Made by a program: the position numbers and the translations under genes. Below, one piece after another: positions 50,150 to 64,000 of a stretch of DNA of 64,000 bases. Source of the stretch: Octopus sinensis. Taxonomy: Eukaryota. The stretch's first letter is position 1; every line of letters begins with the position of its first letter. The stretch covers positions 59,644,001 to 59,708,000 of the forward strand of contig NC_043007.1 of assembly GCF_006345805.1 (NCBI RefSeq). Reading direction: 5' to 3'. A model generated the notes under the pieces. That model had not been told where the DNA came from and ran no database searches. It saw only the letters and a program-made list of their open reading frames with translations.

Positions 50150-51320
50150 AGATGCAGATGGACCACAGCTGTTATCCTAATTCAGTATCAACAAATAATA
50201 GAGTAAGGAGGAGGAAGTGGACCAGGATAGTGATGCAGTGCTACTTAGTAAGTGAACCTAAAAGAAGGGGCTATAGAAAATGGATGTTAACACTTTGAGT
50301 AGAGAAGTGTATGTCTAAAGGGACTGAGCAGAGATTAGTAGATCAAGCTAATGCTATTAGAAGAAAGTGGATGATAGAATTGGAGGTAGAAGAGATCACA
50401 AGAGAACTGGAAAAGAGAGGCCAGGCAGTAGGAAAGACAAACAACAACATAAGAGATACAGCTCAAACCAAAGAGCAGCTTAAAGGAACAAATGATAATA
50501 GCACACTAGGAAGGAATAACTGGCACTATCGACTTACATGATTTAACTGAGGAAGATCAGAAGATTTTAGATGAGTTGCAGGAAGTAATGAGTAAAGAAG
50601 TAAGAAAAAGATTGCCAGCATTAAAAGACACCAACACAAGAAAGCTGCTAGAAATGACTCGGAAAGTAGATTCTGTTATCGGTAGGATAAATACTAAAAA
50701 TATAGGAGACACTAACTTATTGATCTATGTAGGAGGGGTAGTAGTCACTAGAAGATTAGATATCTCACAGGGAAAGATTGAAAAAGAGCAAATGTGGAAA
50801 AGGAGACTCCAAAATAAAGTGAAGACTTTAAGATAAGATCTGAGTAGAATAGAAGCCTGGAAACTGAACAAGTTAGGAAACAAGATGCAAATCTTCTCTT
50901 GAGAAAAGATACTTAGTCAAAGAAAAAGGATTTGGGACAGTAATAGAAAAGTTGAAAAAGCTCTCCAGATAACAGAAAAGAATATAGCAGTAACAACAGA
51001 ATAGATAATTTGAGACAGACCAGAGGAGATTTTATAACCTAATAAATAGTGGAAAATGAAGTACTGAAGATGAGAAACCCAATGCAGAAGAAGCTAGAAA
51101 GTTCTGGAGTAATATTTGGGATAAGCCAGTCAATCATAACAGAGATACAGTATGGTTAAAGAAAGTGAGGGAAGAAATAGTGAGCGAAAAGAAGCCAAAT
51201 CTAAGACTAACTAGTGCATTAATGAGTAAAGTGTTCGGAAAAAATGTCGAATTGGAAGAGTCCAGGACCAGATTTAGCTCAAGGGTACTGGCTAAATAAA
51301 TTAAGTAGCAACAACAACTA
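50150..51320 (+). mobile_element. R4/Dong-clade LINE N-terminal remnant
   Basis: RRKWT...MQCYLVSEPKRRGYRKWM, EQRLVDQANAIRRK, RLPALK, WKRRLQNKVKTLR*DLSRI, ARKFWSNIWDKPVNHN, WKSPGPDLAQGYWL. Confidence 0.8.
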
Positions 51321-53320
51321 AAGAGGTACAATGCGGCCAATCGGTCAGCTGCACATAACCACCAAATTCCCCTTATGTATCTAAATTTTCCTATATTAGA
51401 AAATAAAGGACACGTTGTATAATGTAGTCCCACTGCATAATGTAACTCATTTGATGCAGCAACTGTCGATTCATCGTCGAAACCGACTGAGTGATCCAAC
51501 TATCATGCTCAGAAACAACTATATCACTTTGTCTTTAGGTCACAATCAAGAACCAGACGTCACTCGAGAAAGAACAGAACTTGGTAACATGTTACATGCT
51601 TTCGCTAATTGTTATAGACGTGTATGTAGCCGTGAGTAGATATAGACACGCGGTCGGTTTTCTCGTCCTTGACTCAGTGGCACATTCGGGATGGCACAAC
51701 TGGAGGAAGAGAGAGATGTAAGAGTATTCAGTTGGTGCTCGTTTTCAGCTCTGAGTAGACTGGATTCACGTGAAACGAAATGCCTTGTTCAATTCACAAT
51801 GCGTCTCCAGATCTTGAAATCGAACCTATGACATTAAGCTCGTGAGCCGAATACCAACCAACCACTTGGTCACGCACATTCACTAAATTCATACTACTGA
51901 GGAAGTAATTTTGAAGTACACACATTTTGCCACTTTGAACAACATTTCTCTATAGCTTGCTAAACCTGTAGACGACACCTTTTGAAAGTCACAGGAAAAA
52001 AGAATGATTTTTTAAGCAACAACAACTGCAGTAGCATCAATTACAACAACAACTATGCCACTACTAAATCTACAACAACAGCAGCGTTATAATGAAATAA
52101 AATATAAGATCGTCATCCAAACAGATAAAGAAATAACAAAAAATAATAAATATATAAAATGAAATTCGTTTTCCCACCTTCACTCCACCATATAATATTT
52201 TAAAATATTCATTGGTTTCCTTGTTGTCATTTTTTTCTAAAGACTTTTATATAGCTTCCGTACGCATATATAAGTGCATTAATGCGGTGGTGATGACGCT
52301 GTTGTGTGTGTGTGTGTGTGTGTGAATCTTTAATGGAATCCATTTATCTATTCAATCGTCTTTACTCAAAGTACATCTAGAAATATTAAAAGAATTAGCA
52401 AGATATCGCTAAAGCTTCTACCACCGGCATCAGAATATCAGAAGTAGCATCATCCTTTACTACTACTACTACTACTAACTAACTAACTAACCACCACCAT
52501 AATCAACACCATTACAAAGCAAAATATCTACAACAAAAAAGCTCATGCTTGGTCACACGATCTTGTAGAAGTAACAACTAAATCTCCCTTAAACTACACC
52601 TTACAGTCTTTAAAATGGAAGGACATTTCATAATGTAGTACAAGATACATACTTTACTGTATATCTGAAATACTGACGGTATGGGTATGGCTGGAAAACT
52701 TATGATTATAGGTCTGCTCGATTAGAGCTGATTTGGAACTAAGCAAAAGTACTAACGATGGCGGCCGAGTGATGAAAGCCTATTTGATTAGATCCGGCCT
52801 GGAGTTTAAACAACAGCCCCTACAAGACTTACAGATTCTGAGAAGTGTTTAAGAAAAAAAAAAAAAGGCAGTAAAAATATATAGAATGTACATTCCAGCA
52901 TGAGAGCAACTCACAAAGTGGTGCTTAGAGGAATCAACGAAAATGATCCTTTAACCATTATACTCATATTTTTGTCTTGGAGAAGACATGAAAAAAATAA
53001 GTCTACTGTTGTCTAATCCGAGAGCAAATAAATGAAACAGATCTATAATCAGCAAAATCCAGGTGTGACTACTGTGATATATTTTTTGAGGGAGATTAGA
53101 CATAGTGTATCTAAGACTACATTATCTAATGTGGAGATCATTTTTTTAAAGGTTAGTACTTTATGGTGAGTTTCAGGAGATATGGCTGCTATTTCTACTA
53201 GTTTCAGCAGCTGAGTTGAGTCTTTCTCGTTGGTTCTACACATCTTGAATTTTTATCGAGGAAGGTCACTGAAATGGAAATATTTCACAGACAAGTGAAT
53301 CATTTAGTATAAACGGGCAA

Positions 53321-53364
<44 letters not shown>

Positions 53365-53483
53365 GTGCGCGCACACAATGCACTCACACAAACACAAACA
53401 TACACACACACACATACATATGTATGTATATGTGTGTGAGTGTGTGTGTGTGTGTATAAACACACATACACATACACACACAC

Positions 53484-53562
<79 letters not shown>

Positions 53563-53774
53563 ATTCACACACACATGTGTGTGTATGTGTGTTTGTGCGT
53601 TAATGCTTGTTTTTATGTTCAGTTATGGTAAAAACAACTTTTGCATTAATCCGAAGGGTTACTCCGTACTTTTTGTAGTGTACAAGTTTATTATTCTTCA
53701 GCAATAATAGTATTGACAGTGACTTCGAAGTTCAGAATTTATTAATGCCTGTAGAACTTTGAAACAGGTATGTA

Positions 53775-55015
53775 TTAGGTCGTCAAGTATTAAATTTGTA
53801 TATAGTAAAATTTGACAGCTGCTCATTTTGCACCATTATTATATTTTGACAATCTTTATCTTTTTGTTAGAAAGCTGATACATCTATTTCTTTATTCTAA
53901 CTAATTTTGCGCTTTATAAAGTATTTATAAATCATTTTTTGCTATTTCCGTTTAGAGGTGGATAAGTCGGAAATTCGTGCAGTTCTTTCATGGAAATACA
54001 GCATCACAGACAGCTCGGAATATTAATGAAATATTTCATTCTAATGTTATTACACTGTAGACAGTATCAAATCGGTTTGCAAAATTTCGTTCTGGTAACT
54101 TTGACCTCACGAATGAGCAACGTGGTCGACCGGAAACAAAGGTGGATAATGACGAACTGAAAGCCACCGTCAAATCAGATCCATCTCAAAGTGCCCGTGA
54201 ATTATCGTTGTTGTTTGGTGTTAGCAAGCAAACAACATTGACTCACCTATTTCAAAGCTGGATAAGTGGGTTCCACATGAACTCAAAGAAAATCAGAAAT
54301 AGCAACCTTTGGAAGCCTGCATTATGCTACTTTCTCGTTACAAAAATGAATTATATTTCAATTGAATTGTAACGTGACGAGAAATAGATCCAGTACAACA
54401 ACCGTAACATTCAGCACAATGATTGGACAGAGCCGGTCACCAAAACACAGTCCAAAAAGCAAAATTCATCAAAAGAAGCTGATGGTATGTGTTTGGTGGT
54501 CTGGCACAAGTGTGATCCATTATGATTTCATTAAACCTGGCTCATCAATTACTGCCGAAGTACACTGCAGCCAACTGGACCAAATGATGCAGAAACTTAC
54601 AAAAAACAGCTTAGATTAGTCAACAGATCCACTCCTATTTTATTGCAAGACAACGCCAGACCACACATTGCAAAAATGACATTGGCGAAACTGCAGGAGT
54701 TGGTGTTGGAAGTTCCCCATCATCCACCATACTCATCTGATCTTGCCCCCCAACGACTACCACTTCTTCCAGAATTTGGATAACTTTTTGATAGGAAAAA
54801 GATTTAATTCCCACGATGCTGTAAAACAGGCCTTCCAAGATTTTATTGACTCTAGATTGCCTGCCTTTTACAGTTCCGAGCTGGACAAGCTACCGCTGAA
54901 ATGGCAAAAGTGTATTGACAATATGGGTGCATACTTTAATGAATAAAACTGTTCCTTGTATTTATGAAATATTAGCAGACTTTTTTTCCTTTTCTACATA
55001 TTTCATACTTGACGA

Positions 55016-55020
<5 letters not shown>
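53775..55020 (+). mobile_element. Mariner (DD34D) transposon, full span, frameshifted
   Basis: TIRs ttaggtcgtcaagta / tacttgacgaccata; motifs MDKSEIRA, KKLMVCVWWS, LLQDNARPH, HPPYSSDLAPNDYHFF, LPLKWQKCI. Confidence 0.9.
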
Positions 55021-55087
<67 letters not shown>

Positions 55088-56011
55088 TGTGTGTGTGTGT
55101 GTGTGTGTGTGTGTCAGCTTTAGGCCATGGAATTGCTTTTTAGTGCGTCACAGAAAGGAAGTAAGTAGAGGAAGTATTTTGGTCAACGTATGTATCATTA
55201 GTTTAAGCTATTGTTGGTTTTATTGCATTTAATTTTTTGCTTTGGCAATCCCATGACTTGAAGCTGACGTACCTAAATATACACACTTGTTTACGAAGTT
55301 CTACACGCATGAATAAACTATGAACTATAGCATAAACCCAAACTTAATATAAAAAAATTCTCCACCACACCTCTCCATCATAAACCACAAAACTGAATTA
55401 CCATTCAACTGAAACCCACAAACACCAGTACAAATTTTCTTGCAACAGAGACTATATAAAACCAAGATTGACTTAATACATCAGAATCCGATGATTGGTT
55501 AGCTGGCCGAAACCTTATAGTCACTGTCAATACTATTCTTGTTAAAGAATAATATCCATGTGTATAATACATACATGCATGTGTGTATGTGTATGTATAT
55601 GTATATGTATATGTATATAAACACACACGCGCACACATATACATATATACTTTCATACATTCGCTTTTTTAATAAAAAAATTGGCAGAAATTACGAAGTG
55701 TCTTAAGGGCCGAAAGTTTCGTGCAATTAATAAGTGCCAACTCACGAAACTCTCGGCACTTGAGTCCCTCTGTAACAATGCCAACCGTTGTTGGTGTGCT
55801 TACGTCCCTGTAACTTAGCGGTTCGGCAAAACAGACCAATAGAATAAGCACTTGGCTCACAAAGAATAAGTCATGGGGTCGATTAGTTCGAACTGAGGCA
55901 GTGCTCTAGCATGGCCGCAATCAAATGACTGAAACAAATAAAAGAATACAAGAATATATTCTCATGTTTTCAGTTCTATATATCTGTTTGCATTCCCAAA
56001 CCCCAACATAA

Positions 56012-56051
<40 letters not shown>

Positions 56052-56057
<6 letters not shown>

Positions 56058-56350
56058 AATCCAAAAGGGAAACAAAAAAACAACAACAACAGGAACAATT
56101 ACAGTATTATTATTAAAAGGCACTCAGGAGATGGAAGCAGGGAGGTATGACGTTTCGAGCGGAGCTCTTCGTCGGAAACATAAAGAAGGAAGAGAGAGGA
56201 AAGAAAGATCCCAGAGCGGGCAACAGGGAAAGAGAAAAAAGACGACTGGTGTTTACGAGTTGCACATGGTGAAAGGCGGATGTTGACGATAACAAGAGCA
56301 AAGTGGGTTTTTAAAGGCTAAAGAGTGGAGACAAGGTTGGTAACCAACAG
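56052..56350 (-). mobile_element. PLE pseudo-LTR fragment with minimal hammerhead (56144-56179), ending at (TA)n
   Basis: Minus strand gttt-CCGACGA-a-gagc-tcc-gctc-GAAA-cg-TC; the 3' end ...ttggattaaaatta(ta)n is shared with the 63380 copy. Confidence 0.6.
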
Positions 56351-56432
56351 ATGTGTGTGTATGTGTGAGTGTGTGCGTGTGCGTGTGTGTATGTGTGTGT
56401 GTGAGGCGAGATGAAAATATATATATATATAT

Positions 56433-56489
<57 letters not shown>

Positions 56490-56765
56490 CATATATATAT
56501 ATATATATATAATATATATATATATATTATATATATATATATTATATATATATATATATATATCTATATATATATACATACGTACGTACGTACATACATG
56601 CATAGATACATAGTTATATACTTAAATACACGCATACACACACGTATACACACACGTATATATGTATGTCGAGGGTATCATAGTGTCAATTATAATCTTG
56701 CAAATCGAATACAAAAACAAAATATACATACATAACACACACATGTATATGTTTAATATATACGA

Positions 56766-56940
56766 AGGAGTGGCTGTGTGGTAAGTAGCTTGCTAACCAA
56801 CCACATGGTTCCGGGTTCAGTCCCACTGCGTGGCATCTCGGGCAAGTGTCTTCTGCTATAGCCCCGGGCCGACCAATGCCTTGTGAGTGGATTTGGTAGA
56901 CGGAAACTGAAAGAAGCCTGTCGTATATATATATATATAT

Positions 56941-56978
<38 letters not shown>

Positions 56979-57197
56979 GTGGGGGTTGTGTGTCTGTGTT
57001 TGTCCCCCTAGCATTGCTTGACAACCGATGCTGGTGTGTTTACGTCCCCGTCACTTAGCGGTTCGGCACAAGAGGCCGATAGAATAAGTACTGGGCTTAC
57101 AAAGAATAAGTCCCGGGGTCGATTTGATCGACTTAAGGCGGTGCTCCAGCATGGCCGCAGTCAAATGACTGAAAAAAGTAAAAGAGAGAGTAAAAGA
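56766..57197 (+). mobile_element. CORE-like SINE, near full length
   Basis: ggagtggctgtgtggtaag...ggttccgggttcagtccc head, core, internal (TA)(TG)n, tail. Confidence 0.9.
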
Positions 57198-57254
57198 GTA
57201 TATACATACATGCATACACACACACATATATATATATATATTCTCTTTTTTTTT

Positions 57255-57650
57255 TTTTACTTGTTTCAGTCATTTTGACTGCGGCCATGCTGGTGCACCG
57301 CCTTTCATCGAGCAACTCGACCCCGGGACTTATTCTTTGTAAGCCCAGTATTTATTCTATCGGTCACTTTTGCCGAACCGCTAAGTGACGGGGACATAAA
57401 CACACCAGCATCGGTTGCCAAGCAATGCGTGGGGGCCAAACACAGACACACAAACATATACGCACATACATATATATACATATATACGACGGGCTTCTTT
57501 CAGTTTCCGTCTACCAAATCCACTCATAAAGCTTTGGTCGGCCCGAGGCTATAGCAGAAGACACTTGCTCAAGGTGCCACGCAGTGGGACTGAACCCGGA
57601 ACCATGTAGTTGGTAAACAAACTACTTACTACACAGCCGCTCCTGCGCCT
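57255..57650 (-). mobile_element. CORE-like SINE, inverted partner of 56766-57197
   Basis: Reverse complement of the same family, tail-to-tail. Confidence 0.9.
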
Positions 57651-57671
57651 ATATATGTATATATGTATGTA

Positions 57672-57711
<40 letters not shown>

Positions 57712-57732
57712 ATATATTATATATATATATAT

Positions 57733-57810
<78 letters not shown>

Positions 57811-60326
57811 TATATACAAGCAGCTACCCAATGATATCCAAGCTGAGTTGGATCTATAAAATGTTTTTAATTAAGAATTAGATTTCCCACGAAAAATTAC
57901 CTTTTATGGTAGAAATGGAATTATCACCCAATACGTTTGTGGCAGTACTGTGTGTAAAGCACTGTAGAACTGATATACGTTCAATATTTATAGCCATATT
58001 TCGTAATTTATTTGAATAAACGGCATGTATCTGATTCAAGTAAATGAAATCAGAATACAAGATTAAATAAATCCGCATTAATCCTCTGTTTAATAAATGA
58101 GAATGTATACTTTATCCTCTTTTTTTGAAAAATTTTCTTAACTTATTAAAATGATTTGGTAAATGATTAGAAACTGAATTGTGGGCAAGGGAATCGCTCT
58201 TCCATTTACAATTATTTCGGAAACTGTAGCGCCGAGGGTAAAGTCTAAAACTCACAAAAACTGAAACTACAATACATACAATAATGGCTTCAAATTTTTG
58301 TGGCTAAGTCTATTACAGAACCCAAGAACTCAATTAGTACTTATTTTATCGACCCCGAAAGGGACCAAAAGCAAAGTCAACCCTGGACTGAATTTGAACT
58401 CAGAACGTAATAAATTGGAAGAAATACTGCAACGCATTTTTTTCGATGCTCTAACAACTCTATCAGCTCGCCACCTTAATACATGCAATAATAGAAATAT
58501 ATTAAGGCGTTACGATGAGCACCAGAGTACATGATATTAAGTGTGTAACCTTCATAGCCTTGGAAATGCTGAACATACACGTATCCGTATCACAAGATAC
58601 TCAATATTTTTGTTTCACAAAAAGGGACGTAAGTAAAGAGATTATTGGTTGGGGTTCCAACACTTGAACATCCTACACAAAATTGGCAATGAGCAAAGCA
58701 GGACTCTTAAACATTTAGCATTTAATCCAGCCATATCAGGCCCAAATATTCGACCTGTTTTATGTTTAAACTGGCCAGATTCAACACCCCACACCTACAC
58801 TAGAATATAATTCTAAAAATATACAAACATACTATTGGAATCTTGAAGTTACAAGATAATGCATGATTAATTCAAAACAATGTGAATAAAAAAGCATTAC
58901 GTTTGAGAATTTGAATGTTGAAGGGTTAAAGATTCAGATTCCTCAAACTGTCAATATTTATCATTGAGATTGATTGAATTGATTGACATGGAAAATCTTA
59001 AATGTTCCGGAAAGGGGACATATGTTGATATGAGTGGTATGTTGGGCATATTCTCCTTTGGTCTCCCAAGTGAGATAAGTGTTCTTGATGACATGTAGCA
59101 TAAACCTCTTAATTAGATTTCTGCCATTACGGATCCGCAAAATAATTCGGGATAATTTTTTTACAGCTGAAGTCTGTGTAGGTGGCAGACTTGAAAGTTC
59201 CAATGAATTTTAAAATTCAGCAAGACAGTGAACTATTTCTCCCTAATCCATCACTGCGTCCATTGATTTCATGCTGTGACTATATTTCCTAGATACACCT
59301 GCAACAAATGTCAGCTGATCCTGTCACCTAAATCTTCTTATTCGCAAACTGTGTTAATGATGTTACAGGAAGAGGAGAACTTTCGATATTAATTTGTTTG
59401 CTATCTTAGCCATTGTGCTCACAGGAGCAGGATCCATGACATCACTATTGTTGGATGGAAATCTTCTCTCTCTAACTTGTAAAAAAAGTTTTGGTAAAAT
59501 AACCGGACAGCTCATCTTCACAAAGATAGGTTCACATGTTTCTAGACTTAACACTGCCATCTAGCTGCTGCATTTACTAAGTCCACTTTATTGCAAGCAT
59601 CCAGGCCAATTTGCGTTTTGAGAATACCTTCCTTCCTACTTCCCACCAGTTTCAAGGCCTTGAAAAAGGTCATAGGCTCTGCTTCTTATTTCCTGATTAA
59701 GCGTTAAACAAATTAATGGACAAATACCGTTGTGCTTAGCCGGAAAAATTACATATTTATTTATGCTCGCTTTGAAAGTTCCGACCTAATTACTGCAAAA
59801 ATAACAAACGATTAACTAATTTACTGTTTATTTTGTGTGTCCACAAGGGAAACACTTTGTTTTGCTGCCCTTTTGTCAGGTCAGTGGGTGGAAAGGCCAC
59901 AGAACAACGGACACGAACTCACAATGTCACAGTTGTAAAACCTCACATAATGCAGCCATTGCGGTTTCTCACAGTCTGTACGCCTCATTTCACAATGTTT
60001 GCATAAATATATATGGAGTTAAAAGAACGTGAGATGTATTGGTCTAAAAGAAATGAATTGCTATGTTGAGCGAGTAATGATGTGTAATGACTAGAAATGC
60101 TAATATAATGTAATGGGCTACACGGGATGTTCTGCTACAAAGGAATACGTAATTGGAAACAAATACAGCAGTTAGATGAATTCCAACGATAAATACAGAT
60201 TAATAAACACTACAAAGGAACAATGGCGAACACGTCAGATGGAATTTTGTAGTCGACGGCTTTAGTTGTTGAAACATTATGTTATATGATATAGAAACAG
60301 AAAAGAAATTACTCAAACACACATAA

Positions 60327-60368
<42 letters not shown>

Positions 60369-60559
60369 ACGTACGCACACACATGTATTTATGCATACAA
60401 ACCACAGAAAAAAACCGCAATAGATGTAATAATGTTTATGTGTTTATGTGAAACTGAAGCTTCAATTTAAATAGATTTTTTTCGTTTCTGTCTAAACAGT
60501 AATTAGCACATAAATCCATACACACACATGCACACAACCACACACATACACACACACGC

Positions 60560-60603
<44 letters not shown>

Positions 60604-60752
60604 TATATATATATGTATGTATGTATGTATATGTATACAGATATTGTATATGCGTAGCCTTCCACTTCTATCCAAAGCGTTTTTTAACCCACCATTTACA
60701 TGTTATTAATTATAGCTATATCTGTTTCGAGTTTCATAGCTCCCAAGAAGTA

Positions 60753-60795
<43 letters not shown>

Positions 60796-60914
60796 TATAT
60801 ACATGCATTACATGCATATACATATATGCAGTCATATTTATGTTTATTATATATACATATGTACGTATACATGTCTATATAAATGTATGTATGTATGTAT
60901 AAGTATATATATAT

Positions 60915-63120
60915 ACATATGTTAATAATTTGATGTTTACCTGTCAAACACGCCTTTTTCTTGCCATATATACCTACAATTGTTTCCATAAGCAATTCAT
61001 TCAAATTACAAATAATAAATTAAAAATGCATTTTGAATATAGTGAGTTGAGAAATCGACACAAAAAGGAAACACATCTTAATCGATCAAGTGATTATCGA
61101 CACTCATCATATCAACTTTCGTTTATTTATGTGTGCGTGTGCGTGGTAAAGGTTGTTTTTAAAAAAAACCGTTACATGTGTATATGCAATTTTGTTTTTA
61201 TTTTTTTTTTGTGTGTGTTAATATATTTACTAAGGTCTTGGGTATATATTTCTTTATTGACTTTAATCTTATCTATTTTTTTATTTATGCATTCAAAATT
61301 ATTACCATTAAAGACGTTGTTATAATATATGGTCCTGGGTCTTTTGATTTCATTACTAACATTTAGGTTTATTTGTCCAATATTATTATTGTTCTAGCTG
61401 TATACGTTTTACGCACTAATTTCAGCATGTAGGATATCATTGTTATTTAGTGTATATTTATTTTCACCCCTATTTTTATTCTTTCTACATCTATTAAATT
61501 TTAGGTTATTTTACCTAAGTTATTCTTATCACTGTAGTTTTCATTCGGTGCATAATATTTTAGCTTTTGTTTATATCCTGTCTTACTAAATGCCATGTTG
61601 TAATATACTACGTTATTGTTGAAAATTTCAACGTTTGATGAAGGATTTGTTATACTTTCTGATATATTCTAGATCAAAGAATTCTTGACAGATCTTGTAT
61701 GATTACTTCCGGTGTTGATATATCTTAGGCTAGTGTTAGGTTTATGGTAGGATTTATGCTTCTCAGTAACAAGGTTAAGGTTTACATATAAGAAGTTGAC
61801 TGACTCATGCTTATTTTTTGATAGTAATTGATAGTCCCAATTTTTTAAAAAATCAAAGAATTTCTTCTTAAACAATTCCAATTTTCTATTAAATTGGTTT
61901 TTATGCGTAAAAAGTGCATCATCCCTATACAAACCTCCCTAAGTTCAGAAAACTCCTTACTTAAGTTGAATAAAATGTATATACCTAATATATCAGTGAC
62001 TCACGAAGAATCTGCTGATCCCATTGTTATATCAAAGCTATCGTTAGTATCTTTTAAATCCAATATTGGTTATCAAATTTAATAACCTATTTTTCTGGCA
62101 GCTAAAATTCTGTTAATTTCATTCATAGTTTTTCTCGCAGAAAATAGCTTTCTTTAGTAATATAGGGTTAATTGAAGAGAAATAATTATCTATTTCAATT
62201 TGTAAAAATTTATTTCTCTTGTTGTTTTCGATTCCATTAAACCAATATGTGCGTGTTAGACCAAAGTTGCAACTTTATTGCTTTCTTAAGTATAGGTGTG
62301 TATTTATCGATAATAGCTTTTCTCAATTTACGTAGTATGATTTACCAAGGAAAATTAATCTTACTTTCGGGTTACTATAGAAATTGTCCATGTGTTCCTT
62401 TAGAATATTTCAGTCCTATCATCCGTTTTATAATCGGTCATTATTTGTTTGGATATTAAGTTGATAGCTCTCAATATATTTTTATTAGCTGTCTTATGAC
62501 TTTTTGTAATTTCCTTTCTTAGTAGTTCATGATAGTAGTTTATGCCTGAGTCTATTGATGAATTCTGTTGTTTCTGAATCAGATTCTTGATGAATTCCTT
62601 TTTGGGTGGAATTGGTATGTCCTTCATCGATATACCAGTTTCAATTCTTTCCATTTTGCCGGTGGAAGTTTATATTAATTACTCTTGTAGTTATTTTATA
62701 TTTGTTATTGTGAGGATATAGATACCTCTTGAAGAGATGTTAGCATCTAAGTTACCCCGGTTTAATCCTATGTATCGGTGAAATAGTAAAAAGATGTTAA
62801 TTTCGATATAAATGGGTATAGTTTCATTTTTTTTATACGAGAAGAAGAAAAAGGAGAGTTTGGTGGATAAACATCAATTTATTAACATATTGTCAATTTT
62901 AAACTACCTACAATTGTTTCCATATCCAATTTATTCAAATTACAAATAATAAATTAACGATGCATTTTGAATATAGTGAGTTGAATATTTCTTCAGGATG
63001 AGAAATCGACACAAAAAGGAATCACATCTTAATCGTTCGAGTGATCATCGACAGACTCAACATATTAACTTTCGTTTATTTATGTGTGCATGTGCATGTT
63101 AATGTTTTTTTTAAAACACG
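60915..63120 (-). mobile_element. Decayed Penelope-like element with two pseudo-LTRs (62905-63095 and 60971-61143)
   Basis: Minus frames give SMKDIPIPPKKEFIKNLI, DITMGSADS, YRDD, VNFLYVNLNL...KPNTSLRYINTGSNH. ~180-bp direct repeats lie either side; microsatellite flanks. Confidence 0.8.
62905..63000 (-). ncRNA. Type I hammerhead ribozyme in the PLE 5' pLTR; predicted cleavage GUA^ between 62909 and 62908
   Basis: catc-CTGAAGA-a-atattcaa...tattcaaa..tttgaata...ttggatat-g-GAAA-caattg-TA^-ggt: 8-bp stem II plus an 8-bp inner helix and palindromic stem III acaattgt. Stem I is only ~3 bp. Confidence 0.72.
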
Positions 63121-63167
63121 CACACACACATAGGTGTATATATATATATATATGTACACACACACAC

Positions 63168-63350
<183 letters not shown>

Positions 63351-63379
63351 AATACCTATATGTATATATAACCCTTACA

Positions 63380-63590
63380 AAATGTGACGTCGTGTGTACC
63401 GTTGGCGATTTTTATTTCCTCTGTCTTCCCTTCTCTGGATCTTTCCTTCTCCTATGTTTCCGACGAAGAGCTCCGCTCAAAACGTTAAACCCTCCTTCTT
63501 TCCTTCTTCCTGAACGTCCAATAATACTATATTTGTTCCACGTCCTCGCGTTGTTGTGTTTTTTTTGTGCTTTCTTGTTTGGATTAACTA
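63380..63590 (+). mobile_element. PLE pseudo-LTR fragment with mutated minimal hammerhead (63456-63490), ending at (TA)n
   Basis: gttt-CCGACGA-a-gagc-tcc-gctc-AAAA-cg-TT^-aaac; stem I gttt/aaac intact, G12 changed to A. Confidence 0.6.
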
Positions 63591-63603
63591 TATGTATGTA
63601 TAT

Positions 63604-63661
<58 letters not shown>

Positions 63662-64000
63662 TGTATGTATATCTATACTATAATGGAGAAAGCTGCTTAT
63701 TAATTAGGTATGTAACCATTACTAAAAGTACTAAAAGAAAGCAATTATTAAAGGGTTGACCGTCCGGAAATATTTTTATAAATTCATGTTCTAAGAAATT
63801 TCCTATAACTTCGATTTCTCGAGTTTTTGGGATTTAACTCCAATTTCTCGTAAATTTAAACATTCATTGCATTCACTGCGGAGTATTCCATTCTCATTTA
63901 CAAAGTCTCTCACTTTCTCTTTTAAGTTTTCATTCGCTATTTAGAAAACCGACAGTTTATTATATTAATGTATACGTAATATATTATTTATTGAATGAAA

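Overview
AT-rich, microsatellite-dense eukaryotic genomic DNA with no recognisable host gene exon. The SINE families and repeat landscape suggest an octopus/coleoid cephalopod (inference). Almost all listed ORFs are either microsatellite translations or broken transposon frames. Conventional content: Tc1/mariner, hAT MITEs, R4/Dong and Tx1 LINE remnants, several Penelope-like elements (PLEs), many tRNA-derived SINEs and a 5'-truncated U6 copy. The main result is a hammerhead-ribozyme (HHR) retroelement system associated with (TA)n microsatellites. (i) Two unrelated non-coding tandem arrays, with ~491-bp units (3191-7014 and 24543-25646) and ~545-bp units (7065-9607), carry one type I HHR per unit, with palindromic stem III. 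(ii) One array starts exactly at the predicted cleavage site, two independent family A insertions share the same 3' end, two arrays have twin-priming-like 5' inversions, and compensatory base changes preserve the stems. (iii) A PLE at 60915-63120 has pseudo-LTRs carrying an HHR of the same unusual architecture (long bipartite stem II, non-canonical 10.1-11.1 pair) and is a candidate helper lineage. All ribozyme calls are by eye, with no folding, database search or cleavage assay. Boundaries of degraded elements are approximate.
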